Of a stretch of 47,371 nt of DNA, positions 9,124-18,110 are shown piece by piece; the first letter of the stretch is position 1, and every line of letters starts with the position of its first letter. The position numbers were made by a program, and so were the translations under genes. The stretch spans positions 1-47,371 of the forward strand of contig JAAZNJ010000004.1 in NCBI GenBank assembly GCA_012798335.1. Reading direction: 5' to 3'. The notes below the pieces were generated by a model. That model was not told where the DNA came from. It saw only the letters and a program-made list of their open reading frames with translations, and made no database searches. This DNA comes from Candidatus Woesearchaeota archaeon. GTDB lineage: Archaea; Nanobdellota; Nanobdellia; Pacearchaeales; GW2011-AR1.

Positions 9124-9507
9124 ATGGGAAAAGAAGATCCCTTATATCTTAAAATTGATTATAAAAATGCATTGATTTCTAAAAAAGAGATTTTAACTTT
9201 AGAATTGCTATTCTTAAAAATGAATCAGATAAGGAAAAAATATCATGTTTTAAGATTGAAGGATTTTGAAATAAAAGAAAAATTACAAAAGAGTATAAAT
9301 CAAATCAAAAAAGATTTAGAAAAAATTTCAGATTATCTCCCAGAATTTAAAATACCAAAAGATATACAAAGAAAAAGGAAAATAAGAGTAGAAGAACAAA
9401 TTAAAGAAGAAAAGATTTCTTATAATAAAGGATTAGATATACAATTGATGGAAATTCAGAATAAGTTAAATAATTTAGAAGAAAAATTAAATATGTTAAG
9501 AGATTAA
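9124..9507 (+). CDS. Hypothetical coiled-coil protein, paralogous in motif to the upstream gene
   Basis: Starts 1 nt after the preceding stop. PLYLKIDYK followed by coiled-coil-like sequence mirrors PLFIRIDKF in the neighbour. Confidence 0.45.
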   Translation: MGKEDPLYLKIDYKNALISKKEILTLELLFLKMNQIRKKYHVLRLKDFEIKEKLQKSINQIKKDLEKISDYLPEFKIPKDIQRKRKIRVEEQIKEEKISYNKGLDIQLMEIQNKLNNLEEKLNMLRD

Positions 9508-9545
9508 AGATAAATATTTTTAAAATATCTTATTCTTATTATTTT

Positions 9546-11246
9546 ATGAGAAGAAAAGAATTAATAAAAAGATATATACAATTTTTTATTTCAAAGGGGC
9601 ATAAAGAAATAAAAAATTCTAGCCTAATTCCTGAAAATGACCCAACAGTATTGTTTACTACAGCAGGTATGCATCCATTAGTTCCTTATCTTCTTGGCCA
9701 ACCTCATGCTCTTGGAAAAAGGCTTTGTAATGTTCAAAGATGTATAAGAACAGGCGATATTGAAGAAGTAGGTGACCCTTTCCATCATACTTTCTTTGAA
9801 ATGCTTGGAAATTGGAGTTTAGGAGATTATTTCAAAAAAGAATCTATAAATTTTAGTTTTGAGTTTTTAACAAAAGAATTAAAGATACCAAAAGAAAAAA
9901 TTTCTGTAACTTGTTTTAAAGGGGATAAAGATTGCCCTAAAGACGAGGAATCTGCAAAAATATGGGAAAGTTTAAACATAAAAAATATAAAATTTTTGCC
10001 AAAAGAGGATAATTGGTGGGGCCCTGCAGGAAAAACAGGCCCATGTGGTCCAGACACAGAGATTTTTATTGATGGAATAGAGATTTGGAATAATGTTTTC
10101 ATGCAGTATAATAAAAATGAGAATGGAAATTATATACCTTTAACTCAAAAAAATGTAGATACTGGAATGGGAGTGGAAAGGGTTATCTCCATTATTAATA
10201 ATACAGGAGATAATTATCTAACAGATTGTTTCAAACCAATTATCTTATTAATAGAAAAAAAATCTGAAAAAAATTATGGGAAAAATGAAAAAGATACAAG
10301 AACTATGAGGATTATAGCAGATCATATTAAAGCAGCTTCATTTATAATTGCTGATGGGATAACTCCTGGAAATAAAGAACAAGGTTACATTTTAAGAAGA
10401 TTAATAAGAAGAGCAGTGAAATATTCAAGAGAGTTAGGTAATAATTTTTCCTTATCTGAATTAGTCGAAGGGGTTTATCAAATTTATCCAGAATATGAGA
10501 TTATTTCTAAGAATAAAGAAAAAATAATTTATGAAATAAAAGAAGAAGAAGAAAAATTTTTAAAAACTTTAGAAAAAGGGATGAATCTATTTAAAAAATT
10601 AACAGAAAACAAAAAAGAGATAGAATGTAAAGATTCTTTCTTATTATATCAGAGTTATGGTTTTCCTGTAGAATTAATAGAAGAAGAATGCAAAAAAAGA
10701 GGAATAATTTTTTCTAAAGAAAAATTTGAAGAAGAATGTAATATTCATAAGGAACTCTCAAGAACTGCAACACAAGGAAAATTTAAATCAGGATTAGCAG
10801 ATAATTCTGAAAAAACAACTCAATTGCACACTTGTTCTCACCTTTTATTAGAAGCTTTAAGAAAAGTTTTAAAAGACAATTCTATAATACAAAAAGGAAG
10901 CAATATAACTCCCGATAGATTAAGACTTGATTTCAATTTTGATAGAAAATTAACAGATGAAGAATTAAAAGAGGTTGAATTATTAGTAAATACCCAAATA
11001 GAAAAAAATTTAGAAGTAACAAGAAAAGAAATGAGTTTAAATGATGCAAAAAAAGAAGGTGCAAGAGGTAATTTTGAAGATAGGTATGGTGAAAGAGTTT
11101 CTGTTTATACAATAGGAAATTTTTCTAAAGAGATTTGTGCTGGCCCTCATGTTAAAAGATTAGGGGAGATTAAAGGTAAATTTAAAATTATTAAAGAAGA
11201 GTCTTCTTCAGCAGGTGTAAGAAGAATTAAAGCAATAATAACTTAG
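9546..11246 (+). CDS. alaS: Alanine--tRNA ligase, bacterial-type, short form (566 aa)
   Basis: N-terminus has FFISKGH..SSLIP.NDPTVLFTTAGM, QRCIRTGD and HHTFFEMLGNWSLGDYFK. Editing-domain metal ligands are HTCSHLL (HxxxH) and CAGPHV (CxxxH). No C-terminal C-Ala/DHHA1 region. Confidence 0.85.
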   Translation: MRRKELIKRYIQFFISKGHKEIKNSSLIPENDPTVLFTTAGMHPLVPYLLGQPHALGKRLCNVQRCIRTGDIEEVGDPFHHTFFEMLGNWSLGDYFKKESINFSFEFLTKELKIPKEKISVTCFKGDKDCPKDEESAKIWESLNIKNIKFLPKEDNWWGPAGKTGPCGPDTEIFIDGIEIWNNVFMQYNKNENGNYIPLTQKNVDTGMGVERVISIINNTGDNYLTDCFKPIILLIEKKSEKNYGKNEKDTRTMRIIADHIKAASFIIADGITPGNKEQGYILRRLIRRAVKYSRELGNNFSLSELVEGVYQIYPEYEIISKNKEKIIYEIKEEEEKFLKTLEKGMNLFKKLTENKKEIECKDSFLLYQSYGFPVELIEEECKKRGIIFSKEKFEEECNIHKELSRTATQGKFKSGLADNSEKTTQLHTCSHLLLEALRKVLKDNSIIQKGSNITPDRLRLDFNFDRKLTDEELKEVELLVNTQIEKNLEVTRKEMSLNDAKKEGARGNFEDRYGERVSVYTIGNFSKEICAGPHVKRLGEIKGKFKIIKEESSSAGVRRIKAIIT

Positions 11247-11261
11247 AGATAATTATTTAAG

Positions 11262-12293
11262 TTAGATAGAAAAATAAATATTTGATATTCCGTACTTCTT
11301 AATAAGATTTTTCAACCTTAAAGAATCAAAAATATTAAGTGAAGAAGATTTTTTTAATTCCTCTCTTAATTTTATGAATAATCTAGCATCTTTAAATTCA
11401 TACAAATTTTTATTAAAAGAGATTCCTTCAGAAATCAGGGTAATTTGAGGATTTGAAGAAAGTTTCACACCTAAAAGATAATCATTTTCGCTATCTGTGA
11501 TTATTGAAGGTCCTGTTGTTTCAATAAAACAAAAATCTGTATCGTAAAAGCTCATATCTTTTGTACATTTTATGCCGACTGCTTCATGATTCTCTTTTGA
11601 AAAATAAAACATTGAAGAACCAAACCCCAATTCTTTTAGTAAAAAAACTAATAACAAAGATTTTTCCCCACAAACCCCTTGATTTTCATAAAGAACCTCA
11701 TAAGGAGTTCTTCTATACCCCATTAAAGAACCTGCAACAAAAATAGATCTATTAGATTCTTTATAAGGGATGTTTTGAACTAAACTGATTGCTATTCTTG
11801 CTTGGTCATATTTATTCGAAGTAATATTTTGAATCTTGATTATTAAAGGAAGTAAAGCTTCTCTTTGTATTGAATTATTTATTATTTGTAATTTAAAATT
11901 TGAAGAATCAAAACCAGATTCAATAGGATATTTATAATTTAAAGATAAGTTAAGAATTTCAGGATAAACCTCAAATGAAATATTTCCTTTTTTTCCTCTC
12001 AAAATATAATTCAAAGATATAATTTTAGGATTAGAAGAAGAAAATACACATTTATCCTCTTTTATGTTATAATTTATCCCATAATTATTTTTTAAACACC
12101 CACAAACAGAAGCTTTTTCAATTAGTTTCCCATTCTCGCAAAAATAAGGTTGGATTTTTGAACACCGGTTGTTTAAAGCCCCATCATTACATTTGTTATT
12201 TGTTAAAAAAAAGCTTATAAACAAAACAAAGATAAATACAAATAAAAGAAGACAAGACGTTATTAAGAAATATTTTGCTTGTTTTTCATCCAT
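11262..12293 (-). CDS. Membrane-anchored transglutaminase-like (papain-fold) protein
   Basis: N-terminal TM helix, then a Cys-rich segment. Transglutaminase-core-like GVCGEKSLLL...ENHEAVGIKC...FIETT, giving a Cys/His/acidic triad order. Confidence 0.55.
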   Translation of the reverse strand: MDEKQAKYFLITSCLLLFVFIFVLFISFFLTNNKCNDGALNNRCSKIQPYFCENGKLIEKASVCGCLKNNYGINYNIKEDKCVFSSSNPKIISLNYILRGKKGNISFEVYPEILNLSLNYKYPIESGFDSSNFKLQIINNSIQREALLPLIIKIQNITSNKYDQARIAISLVQNIPYKESNRSIFVAGSLMGYRRTPYEVLYENQGVCGEKSLLLVFLLKELGFGSSMFYFSKENHEAVGIKCTKDMSFYDTDFCFIETTGPSIITDSENDYLLGVKLSSNPQITLISEGISFNKNLYEFKDARLFIKLREELKKSSSLNIFDSLRLKNLIKKYGISNIYFSI

Positions 12294-12364
12294 TATAAAA
12301 AAAGGAAAAAGGATTATAAAAAACTAACTATTAAGTTTAAATATTCTTATTAATTAAAATAGTT

Positions 12365-12883
12365 ATGAAAAAAATAAAAGTTTATTTAGAAGGAGATATT
12401 TTAATAACAAATCAGTCAGAAGCTTATTCCTTGTTAGAAAAAAGCAATTTTGGAGAGGAAATAGAAAAAAAAATAAGATATTCTTCTTTTGAAACAATCT
12501 ATTTAATGGATAATGATAAAATAGAAGTATATTCTAAAAAGTTAAAATTAAACAAAGAGGAATTGATTAAAAAGTTCTTAAAAATTGATAAAAGATTCAA
12601 CTTAAAATATTCTGTTTTTAAAGATTTGAGAAATAAAGGATATATCTTAAAAACAGGATTAAAGTTTGGGGCTGACTTTAGAGTTTATGAAAAAGGATTT
12701 AAAATAAATGAAGCTCATGCAAAATGGCTTGTATTTGTGAATCATGAAACAGATAATCTAAGACTAATTGAATTAACAGCCAAAAGCAGAGTAGCACATT
12801 CAATAAAGAAAAATCTTCTTCTTGCAATCATAGATGAAGAAGGGGATATAAGTTATTATGAAATAAGGTGGATTAAACCTTAA
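12365..12883 (+). CDS. endA: tRNA-splicing endonuclease (tRNA-intron lyase), short single-unit form
   Basis: YSVFKDLRNKGYILKTGLKFGADFRVYEKG...HAKWLV matches the catalytic C-terminal domain of archaeal EndA. Length is 172 aa. Confidence 0.85.
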   Translation: MKKIKVYLEGDILITNQSEAYSLLEKSNFGEEIEKKIRYSSFETIYLMDNDKIEVYSKKLKLNKEELIKKFLKIDKRFNLKYSVFKDLRNKGYILKTGLKFGADFRVYEKGFKINEAHAKWLVFVNHETDNLRLIELTAKSRVAHSIKKNLLLAIIDEEGDISYYEIRWIKP

Positions 12884-12921
12884 ACAAAAAATTTTATTAA
12901 GAGGGGTAAGCTTTGAGATAA

Positions 12922-13845
12922 ATGGATGATGCTTTAAAAATAAAAGAGAAAATTGTTTCAATAATCAAAGAAAGAGGACCACTTTTACCTGTAAAAATTT
13001 CTAATGAAATACATTTAAGTTTGTTATTTACTTCTGCTTTTTTATCTGAATTATTATCAGAAAAAGAAATAAAAATGAGTAACATGAGAATAGGCAGTTC
13101 TCCATTATACTTTGTCAATGGACAAGAACCCTTATTAGAAAATTTTTCTTCATATTTGAAAGGCAAAGAGAAAGAAGCTTTTCTTAGATTAAAAGAGAAT
13201 AAATTTTTAATTGATTCAGAACAAGAACCTGCAATAAGAGTTGCATTAAGACAAATAAAAGATTTTGCTTATCCTTTTCAACATGGTGAATTGATTGTTT
13301 GGAGATATTTCCTAATAGGGGAGTCTGAATTTAATCAGAAAGAAGAAAAAATAAAAGATGAAATAATTGGAGAGATAAAAGAAAAACAATCAGAAGAAGA
13401 TAATACAATAAAGGAAGAAAAAATAGAGGATAAAGATTCTTTAATATTAGAAAAAAATGAAGAAAAAGAAGGAAAGAAAAAAACAAAACAAAAGAAAGTA
13501 GGGAGTACAAAAAAAGATGATAAAAATAATAAAAAAGATGAGAATTTTTTTAACAAGATAAAAGAATTTTTAAAAAAAGAAGGGGTTGAACTTTTAGATA
13601 TAATAAATTTCAAAAGTGATGAAGCTTTTTTAAAAGTTAAAAAGAATGATAAAGAGTTTATAGTTATTTTTTTAAATTCAAAAAAGATTAGTGAAAAAGA
13701 AATAATTGAGATTAATAAAAAAGCAGGAAAAATGGGAATAAAAGAAGGAAATTATGAAATCTATTTTTTTGGAGAGCTATCAAAAAAAACACAAGAGTTA
13801 ATTAATTCAATAAAAAGATTAGAAAAAATAGGAAAGATAGAATAA
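12922..13845 (+). CDS. Hypothetical protein; N-terminal helical, possibly winged-helix region, K/E-rich linker, and a small C-terminal domain
   Basis: Long clean ORF with coding-like composition. I could not assign a family. Confidence 0.45.
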   Translation: MDDALKIKEKIVSIIKERGPLLPVKISNEIHLSLLFTSAFLSELLSEKEIKMSNMRIGSSPLYFVNGQEPLLENFSSYLKGKEKEAFLRLKENKFLIDSEQEPAIRVALRQIKDFAYPFQHGELIVWRYFLIGESEFNQKEEKIKDEIIGEIKEKQSEEDNTIKEEKIEDKDSLILEKNEEKEGKKKTKQKKVGSTKKDDKNNKKDENFFNKIKEFLKKEGVELLDIINFKSDEAFLKVKKNDKEFIVIFLNSKKISEKEIIEINKKAGKMGIKEGNYEIYFFGELSKKTQELINSIKRLEKIGKIE

Positions 13846-13882
13846 AAGAAACCTTTAAATAAGGAAAATACAAAAAAGAGAT

Positions 13883-14083
13883 ATGGGAAAAACAAAATCA
13901 AAATCATTAAGAAGAATTTCTCAAGAGTTGAAAAAAAATAAAGTTGAGTTGAATGTGGAATTTGAAAAGAATAAGAGAATATTAGAAGGACTAAATTTGA
14001 CAAAAAAATTGAGGAATCAACTTGCAGGTCTTATGACAAGAACAAAAAAACAAGATTTAAAAAATCAAGAAAGAAACAATTAA
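13883..14083 (+). CDS. rps17e: 30S ribosomal protein S17e (eS17)
   Basis: MGKTKSK..R....L........F..NK......L....KKLRNQLAGLMTR matches the eS17 pattern. Length is 66 aa. Confidence 0.75.
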   Translation: MGKTKSKSLRRISQELKKNKVELNVEFEKNKRILEGLNLTKKLRNQLAGLMTRTKKQDLKNQERNN

Positions 14084-14134
14084 GATTTCTAAGATAAAAA
14101 AGATTTTAAACTAAAGGTTTTTACAAATATAAAT

Positions 14135-14224
14135 GGCTCTGTAGCTCAGTGTTAGAGCGCTGCTCTCATGAATAATTAGTGTTGAGAAAGGCAGAGGTCG
14201 GGAGTTAAATCCTCCTCAGAGCCA
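14135..14224 (+). tRNA. tRNA with CAT anticodon (elongator Met or Ile2) and an 18-nt intron at 14171-14188
   Basis: Acceptor stem GGCTCTG/CAGAGCC plus A73, D-arm GCTC/GAGC, anticodon stem CTGCT/GGCAG, loop CTCATG|intron|A, T-arm GGGAG-TTAAATC-CTCCT. Loop CTCA pairs with intron TGAG in a BHB-like central helix. Confidence 0.8.
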
Positions 14225-14290
14225 TACTATTTTTACTTATTGGTAGTAACAAAAAGATAAGTTTATAAATAACCCTTTTTTTAATATTTT

Positions 14291-15169
14291 ATGAAAAAGC
14301 CAAGAAATTTAATAGCTTTTGCAATGTTAGGATTTGCCTTATCTAATTCTGCTAGTCTAGACTTTATAAATAAAAATAATCCAGAAAATTTAGATTATAT
14401 AAAAGGATTAGAAAAAGTTGTGAGTTATCAAGATGATTTTAAAACTAAAAAATTAATTGAAAAAGTAAGATTAATAGGAGATTATGATGAAGAGGAAAAA
14501 GAGGATATAGAATATGTTTTAGGCAAATATGAAAATTATATCGGAGATATTTCAAGGTTTAATTTAGAAATTGAAAAAGTTGAAAACGAAAAAGATTCTG
14601 AAAAAATTTTAAACTTAAAAAGTGAATATTCGCCTATAGAGCAATTAAATTATAGTTTTAATGCAATAACTGATTTAAAAAATGGAAAAATAACAATTAT
14701 CCCAAAAAGAATAATTGATAAAAATTATGAATGGGAAAAAATGAATAACAAAATTTCAAAGGGAGAAGAAGGAAAAACTCATGATTTCAAATGGGTATTA
14801 GCACATGAAATTGCTCATGCTCTCTCAATAAAATTAGGTTATATAAACGATTTAAAAAATGGATACTCTTATGATAATAATTCTTTTGTTTCATATTTTT
14901 CAAGTTTAATAAACGAGATTAAAGAACATTGTACCCCATTAGATTATAAAAACCACAAATGGGAGGAAAGAAGACCAGAAGGATTTCCTTCTCAAAGGGC
15001 ATATTTTGGGAATTCAGGAGAACTTTCAAATAATTCTGAAGCATATGCAGAATATTGTGCTTATACTGTCTTAGACAAAGATTATGCAAGAGAAGATGTT
15101 TATTTAAATAAGGTTTGCAAACTAATAAAAAAAGATTTTGAAAATATAAAAAGAACTAATAAAAAGTAA
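14291..15169 (+). CDS. Secreted hypothetical protein with a zinc-metalloprotease HExxH motif
   Basis: Signal-peptide-like N-terminus MKKPRNLIAFAMLGFALSNSAS. VLAHEIAHAL contains HEIAH. Confidence 0.5.
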   Translation: MKKPRNLIAFAMLGFALSNSASLDFINKNNPENLDYIKGLEKVVSYQDDFKTKKLIEKVRLIGDYDEEEKEDIEYVLGKYENYIGDISRFNLEIEKVENEKDSEKILNLKSEYSPIEQLNYSFNAITDLKNGKITIIPKRIIDKNYEWEKMNNKISKGEEGKTHDFKWVLAHEIAHALSIKLGYINDLKNGYSYDNNSFVSYFSSLINEIKEHCTPLDYKNHKWEERRPEGFPSQRAYFGNSGELSNNSEAYAEYCAYTVLDKDYAREDVYLNKVCKLIKKDFENIKRTNKK

Positions 15170-15187
15170 ATAAGAAAACATTTTAGT

Positions 15188-16843
15188 TTAATTGATTAAT
15201 TTTCCTGCTTTTTCAAATTCAATTTCTTGATTAATAAGTTTTTTTAATATATTCTTTAAATCATTAATTTTTACTCTAATCTGCTTAGTAGTATCTCTCT
15301 CTCTTATTGTAACATCTTTATTTTTTATAGAATCTCCGTCAATAGTAATACAATAGGGTGTTCCAATTTCATCATTTCTTGAATATCTTCTACCAATACT
15401 CCCAGAAACATCATAACTAATAAACCATTCTTTTTTTAAATCTTCAAAAATCTCTCTACTCAATTTTTCAAATTCATCTTTTTTAACAATCGGAAAAATA
15501 GCTGCTTTTATAGGAGATAAAAAAGGTGGAATTTTTAAGATAATATTTTCTCTTTTTTTATCATAAGTATACGCTTTAGTCAAAACTGCAAGAAAAATTC
15601 TTTCCATTCCAAAAGTAGGTTCTATAACCTTAGGAATTACTTTATTTTTATATTTTTCATCAAAGACTTCCAAATTTTGTTTGCTTTCTTTTTGATGATT
15701 TGTTAAATCATATTGCCCCCTGTTTGCTATCCCCCCTAATTCTTTTGACCCAAAAGGATATTCATAATCTATATCAAAGGTTGCAGAGCTATAATGACTT
15801 AATTCTTCTTTTGTATGTTCTCTTATTTTTATTTCATCAAGACCTAAAGATTTTAACCAAAATATTTGTTCAGCTAACCAATAAGCATGCCATTCCTCTA
15901 ATTTATTCTTTTCTAAAAGATTTTTTATTTTAATTTTTTTTAAATCTGTTTTTCCTTCTCTTTGAGTTTCTTCATCAAGAAAATTAAATTCTAAATTTAA
16001 ATGAGTATTATCTAATAATTCACATTTTTTTTCTTCAGGATTTATAAAAAATTCAAATTCCCCTATATGAAATTCTCTACTTCTAAATAAAAAGTCCCTT
16101 GGAGCGATTTCATTCCTAAAACAAGTCCCTATTTGAGCTATTCCAAAAGGTAATTGCATTCTTGAAGTTTGTTGTATAAGTTTAAAATCTAAAAACATTC
16201 CTTGAGCAGTTTCTCCTCTAAGATAAGCTTCTTCTGCGTTTAAAGCTCCTATTTTTGTTTTAAACATTAAATTAAATTCGCCTAAAATTTCGTATTCCCC
16301 ACCACATGAACATTTAATTTTTCCAATTTCAGATTTGTCTATTTTAGCTGATTTTTTACATTTTTTGCATATAACTGCTATATCATTAAAATTAGTCAAA
16401 TGACCAGAAGCTTTCCAAGTTTGAGGATGGGAGATAATACTTGCATCCAAACCCACAATATTTTCTTTTTGTTTTACAAAAAAATTCCACCAATTTTGTT
16501 TTATATTATTAAATAATTCTACTCCTAATGGTCCAAAGTCCCAAAAACCAGAAATTCCTCCATAGATTTCAGAGCTTTTAAAAACAAAACCCTTGGATTT
16601 ACAAAAATTTGATAATTCTTCAATAGATATTTTTTTATCTGAATTCATATTTTTATGATTATCTTCTTTGTTTTTTAATTCTTCCATTTTTTGTAAAAAG
16701 TTTTTAGCTTTTAATTCTGCTTGCTCTTTATCTTTCCCAAGATAAGAGAGATATTTTGTTTTAATTTTATTTCCTATTCTCTCACTTCTATTTAGATAAT
16801 AGTATTTTTTACCATTTATTGTCTTTGTTATAATAAATGCCAT
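15188..16843 (-). CDS. glyS: Glycine--tRNA ligase (archaeal/eukaryotic alpha2 type) with a ~65-aa basic N-terminal extension
   Basis: SSEIYGGISGFWDFGPLG, class II motif 2 CFRNEIAPRDFLFRSREF, and a C-terminal anticodon-binding region. The track ORF (to 17020) runs through tRNA-Cys, so the start was moved to the ATG at 16843. An alternative ATG lies at 16648. Confidence 0.8.
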   Translation of the reverse strand: MAFIITKTINGKKYYYLNRSERIGNKIKTKYLSYLGKDKEQAELKAKNFLQKMEELKNKEDNHKNMNSDKKISIEELSNFCKSKGFVFKSSEIYGGISGFWDFGPLGVELFNNIKQNWWNFFVKQKENIVGLDASIISHPQTWKASGHLTNFNDIAVICKKCKKSAKIDKSEIGKIKCSCGGEYEILGEFNLMFKTKIGALNAEEAYLRGETAQGMFLDFKLIQQTSRMQLPFGIAQIGTCFRNEIAPRDFLFRSREFHIGEFEFFINPEEKKCELLDNTHLNLEFNFLDEETQREGKTDLKKIKIKNLLEKNKLEEWHAYWLAEQIFWLKSLGLDEIKIREHTKEELSHYSSATFDIDYEYPFGSKELGGIANRGQYDLTNHQKESKQNLEVFDEKYKNKVIPKVIEPTFGMERIFLAVLTKAYTYDKKRENIILKIPPFLSPIKAAIFPIVKKDEFEKLSREIFEDLKKEWFISYDVSGSIGRRYSRNDEIGTPYCITIDGDSIKNKDVTIRERDTTKQIRVKINDLKNILKKLINQEIEFEKAGKLIN

Positions 16844-16851
16844 AACATCAA

Positions 16852-16923
16852 AGCGGAGGGTGGGAGTCGAACCCACACAAATTCGCTCTGCAGGCGAACG
16901 CAGTGCCGTTGTGCCACCTCCGC
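16852..16923 (-). tRNA. tRNA-Cys (GCA)
   Basis: Reverse complement is GCGGAGGTGGCACAACGGCACTGCGTTCGCCTGCAGAGCGAATTTGTGTGGGTTCGACTCCCACCCTCCGCT. Acceptor stem GCGGAGG/CCTCCGC, anticodon stem TTCGC/GCGAA with loop CTGCAGA, discriminator T. Confidence 0.85.
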
Positions 16924-17039
16924 ATAAAGAAATTAAACTAAGAGTATATATAAAATTATTGATAAAAAAGAAAATAAAAAAAGAAAAATTAAACAAAGAA
17001 ATAAGATTCAGAATATACAAGATATAAAAAAATAAAGAA

Positions 17040-17921
17040 TTAAAAACTATAAATATTTATAGGATAATTTGATTTAAAGGATAAACCTTCTGCTTTTTTA
17101 AATATCCCTTTTCTATTTTCAGGGATTCTTTCTTTATTTGCTTTTCTTATATATTTTAAAACTTTTATTTTTCTGAGAGATATTGGGATTTTAGAATTAA
17201 TAAATTGACTCCCAATACACCCGCCTTTACAAAAAGTTATATCTAAAAATTTTATTTTAGGATTAGGATTTTTGAGAAATTTAATAACTTTTTTTATTCC
17301 ATCAATTTCTTTTATTTCATTTTTTTGTAAAAGTTTTTTTACTTTTAATGTTTTAGATAATCCTCCGGAGATGGGATATATCTTAGTATAATCATTATAA
17401 AATTTATCAAATAAGATTTCTTTTTTATAAGATTTTTTATTTTTATTTTTTGTGTATTCAAAAGAGTGTTTAAAAATAAGATCTTTTAATTCTTTATAAT
17501 CAATAACATAATCAATAAAGCCAGTTCTTTTAGCTTCTAATCTTTTAAAGTTGCAAGGTGAGATGAAAACTCTTTTATGGTGAGGGTATATTTTTTTACA
17601 AATTTTAGCAGTTGCTACCATAGGGCTATCAACGAGCAAAAGATTATTTTTATATTCGGGAAAAGAATTTTTTATAGTTTCAACAACACCAGGACAAACA
17701 CTTGAAATCATTAATTTTTTTGAATTTTTAATCTCCTCATAATACTCTTTATTAACAATTTTTGCCCCAAATGTTAATTCAACAGCTTTATCAAACCCGA
17801 GTTCTTTTAATTGAGATAAGATTTTAGGATAAGGAAAATCAACAACAAAACTAGGAGCAACAAGTGCAATGTATTTTCCTTTTAAAGGAAATTTCAAATT
17901 ATTATCTCTTTTTTTATCCAT
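17040..17921 (-). CDS. [FeFe]-hydrogenase H-domain-like (HydA/Nar1-like) protein, minimal 293-aa form
   Basis: H-cluster motif equivalents: SSVCPGV (compare TSCCPxW), SPCNFKRLE (MPCxxKxxE) and FCKGGCIGS (CxxGCxxG). No N-terminal ferredoxin-like domain. Confidence 0.6.
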   Translation of the reverse strand: MDKKRDNNLKFPLKGKYIALVAPSFVVDFPYPKILSQLKELGFDKAVELTFGAKIVNKEYYEEIKNSKKLMISSVCPGVVETIKNSFPEYKNNLLLVDSPMVATAKICKKIYPHHKRVFISPCNFKRLEAKRTGFIDYVIDYKELKDLIFKHSFEYTKNKNKKSYKKEILFDKFYNDYTKIYPISGGLSKTLKVKKLLQKNEIKEIDGIKKVIKFLKNPNPKIKFLDITFCKGGCIGSQFINSKIPISLRKIKVLKYIRKANKERIPENRKGIFKKAEGLSFKSNYPINIYSF

Positions 17922-17928
17922 AACAAAG

Positions 17929-18003
17929 CGCCCCGGACAGGATTTGAACCTGCGACCCTTAGCTTAGAAGGCTAATGCTCTATCCAGGCTGAGCTACCGA
18001 GGC
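17929..18003 (-). tRNA. tRNA-Arg (TCT)
   Basis: Reverse complement is GCCTCGGTAGCTCAGCCTGGATAGAGCATTAGCCTTCTAAGCTAAGGGTCGCAGGTTCAAATCCTGTCCGGGGCG. Anticodon stem TTAGC/GCTAA with loop CTTCTAA. Confidence 0.85.
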
Positions 18004-18110
18004 ATATAAAAACAAAAGGAAATTATCTTTAAAATCTTTCTATTATTAATTTTATTTATTTTTTATTTCTTTAATTTTTCTTTAAGTAATTTTAGCAAAA
18101 ATTTAAAGTT

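Noticed and set aside
16844-17020. Upstream part of the 610-aa ORF for GlyRS
   Set aside because: It reads straight through the tRNA-Cys gene (16852-16923). Its translation (..CGGGTTALRSPAERICVGSTPTLRF..) is simply the tRNA sequence in frame.
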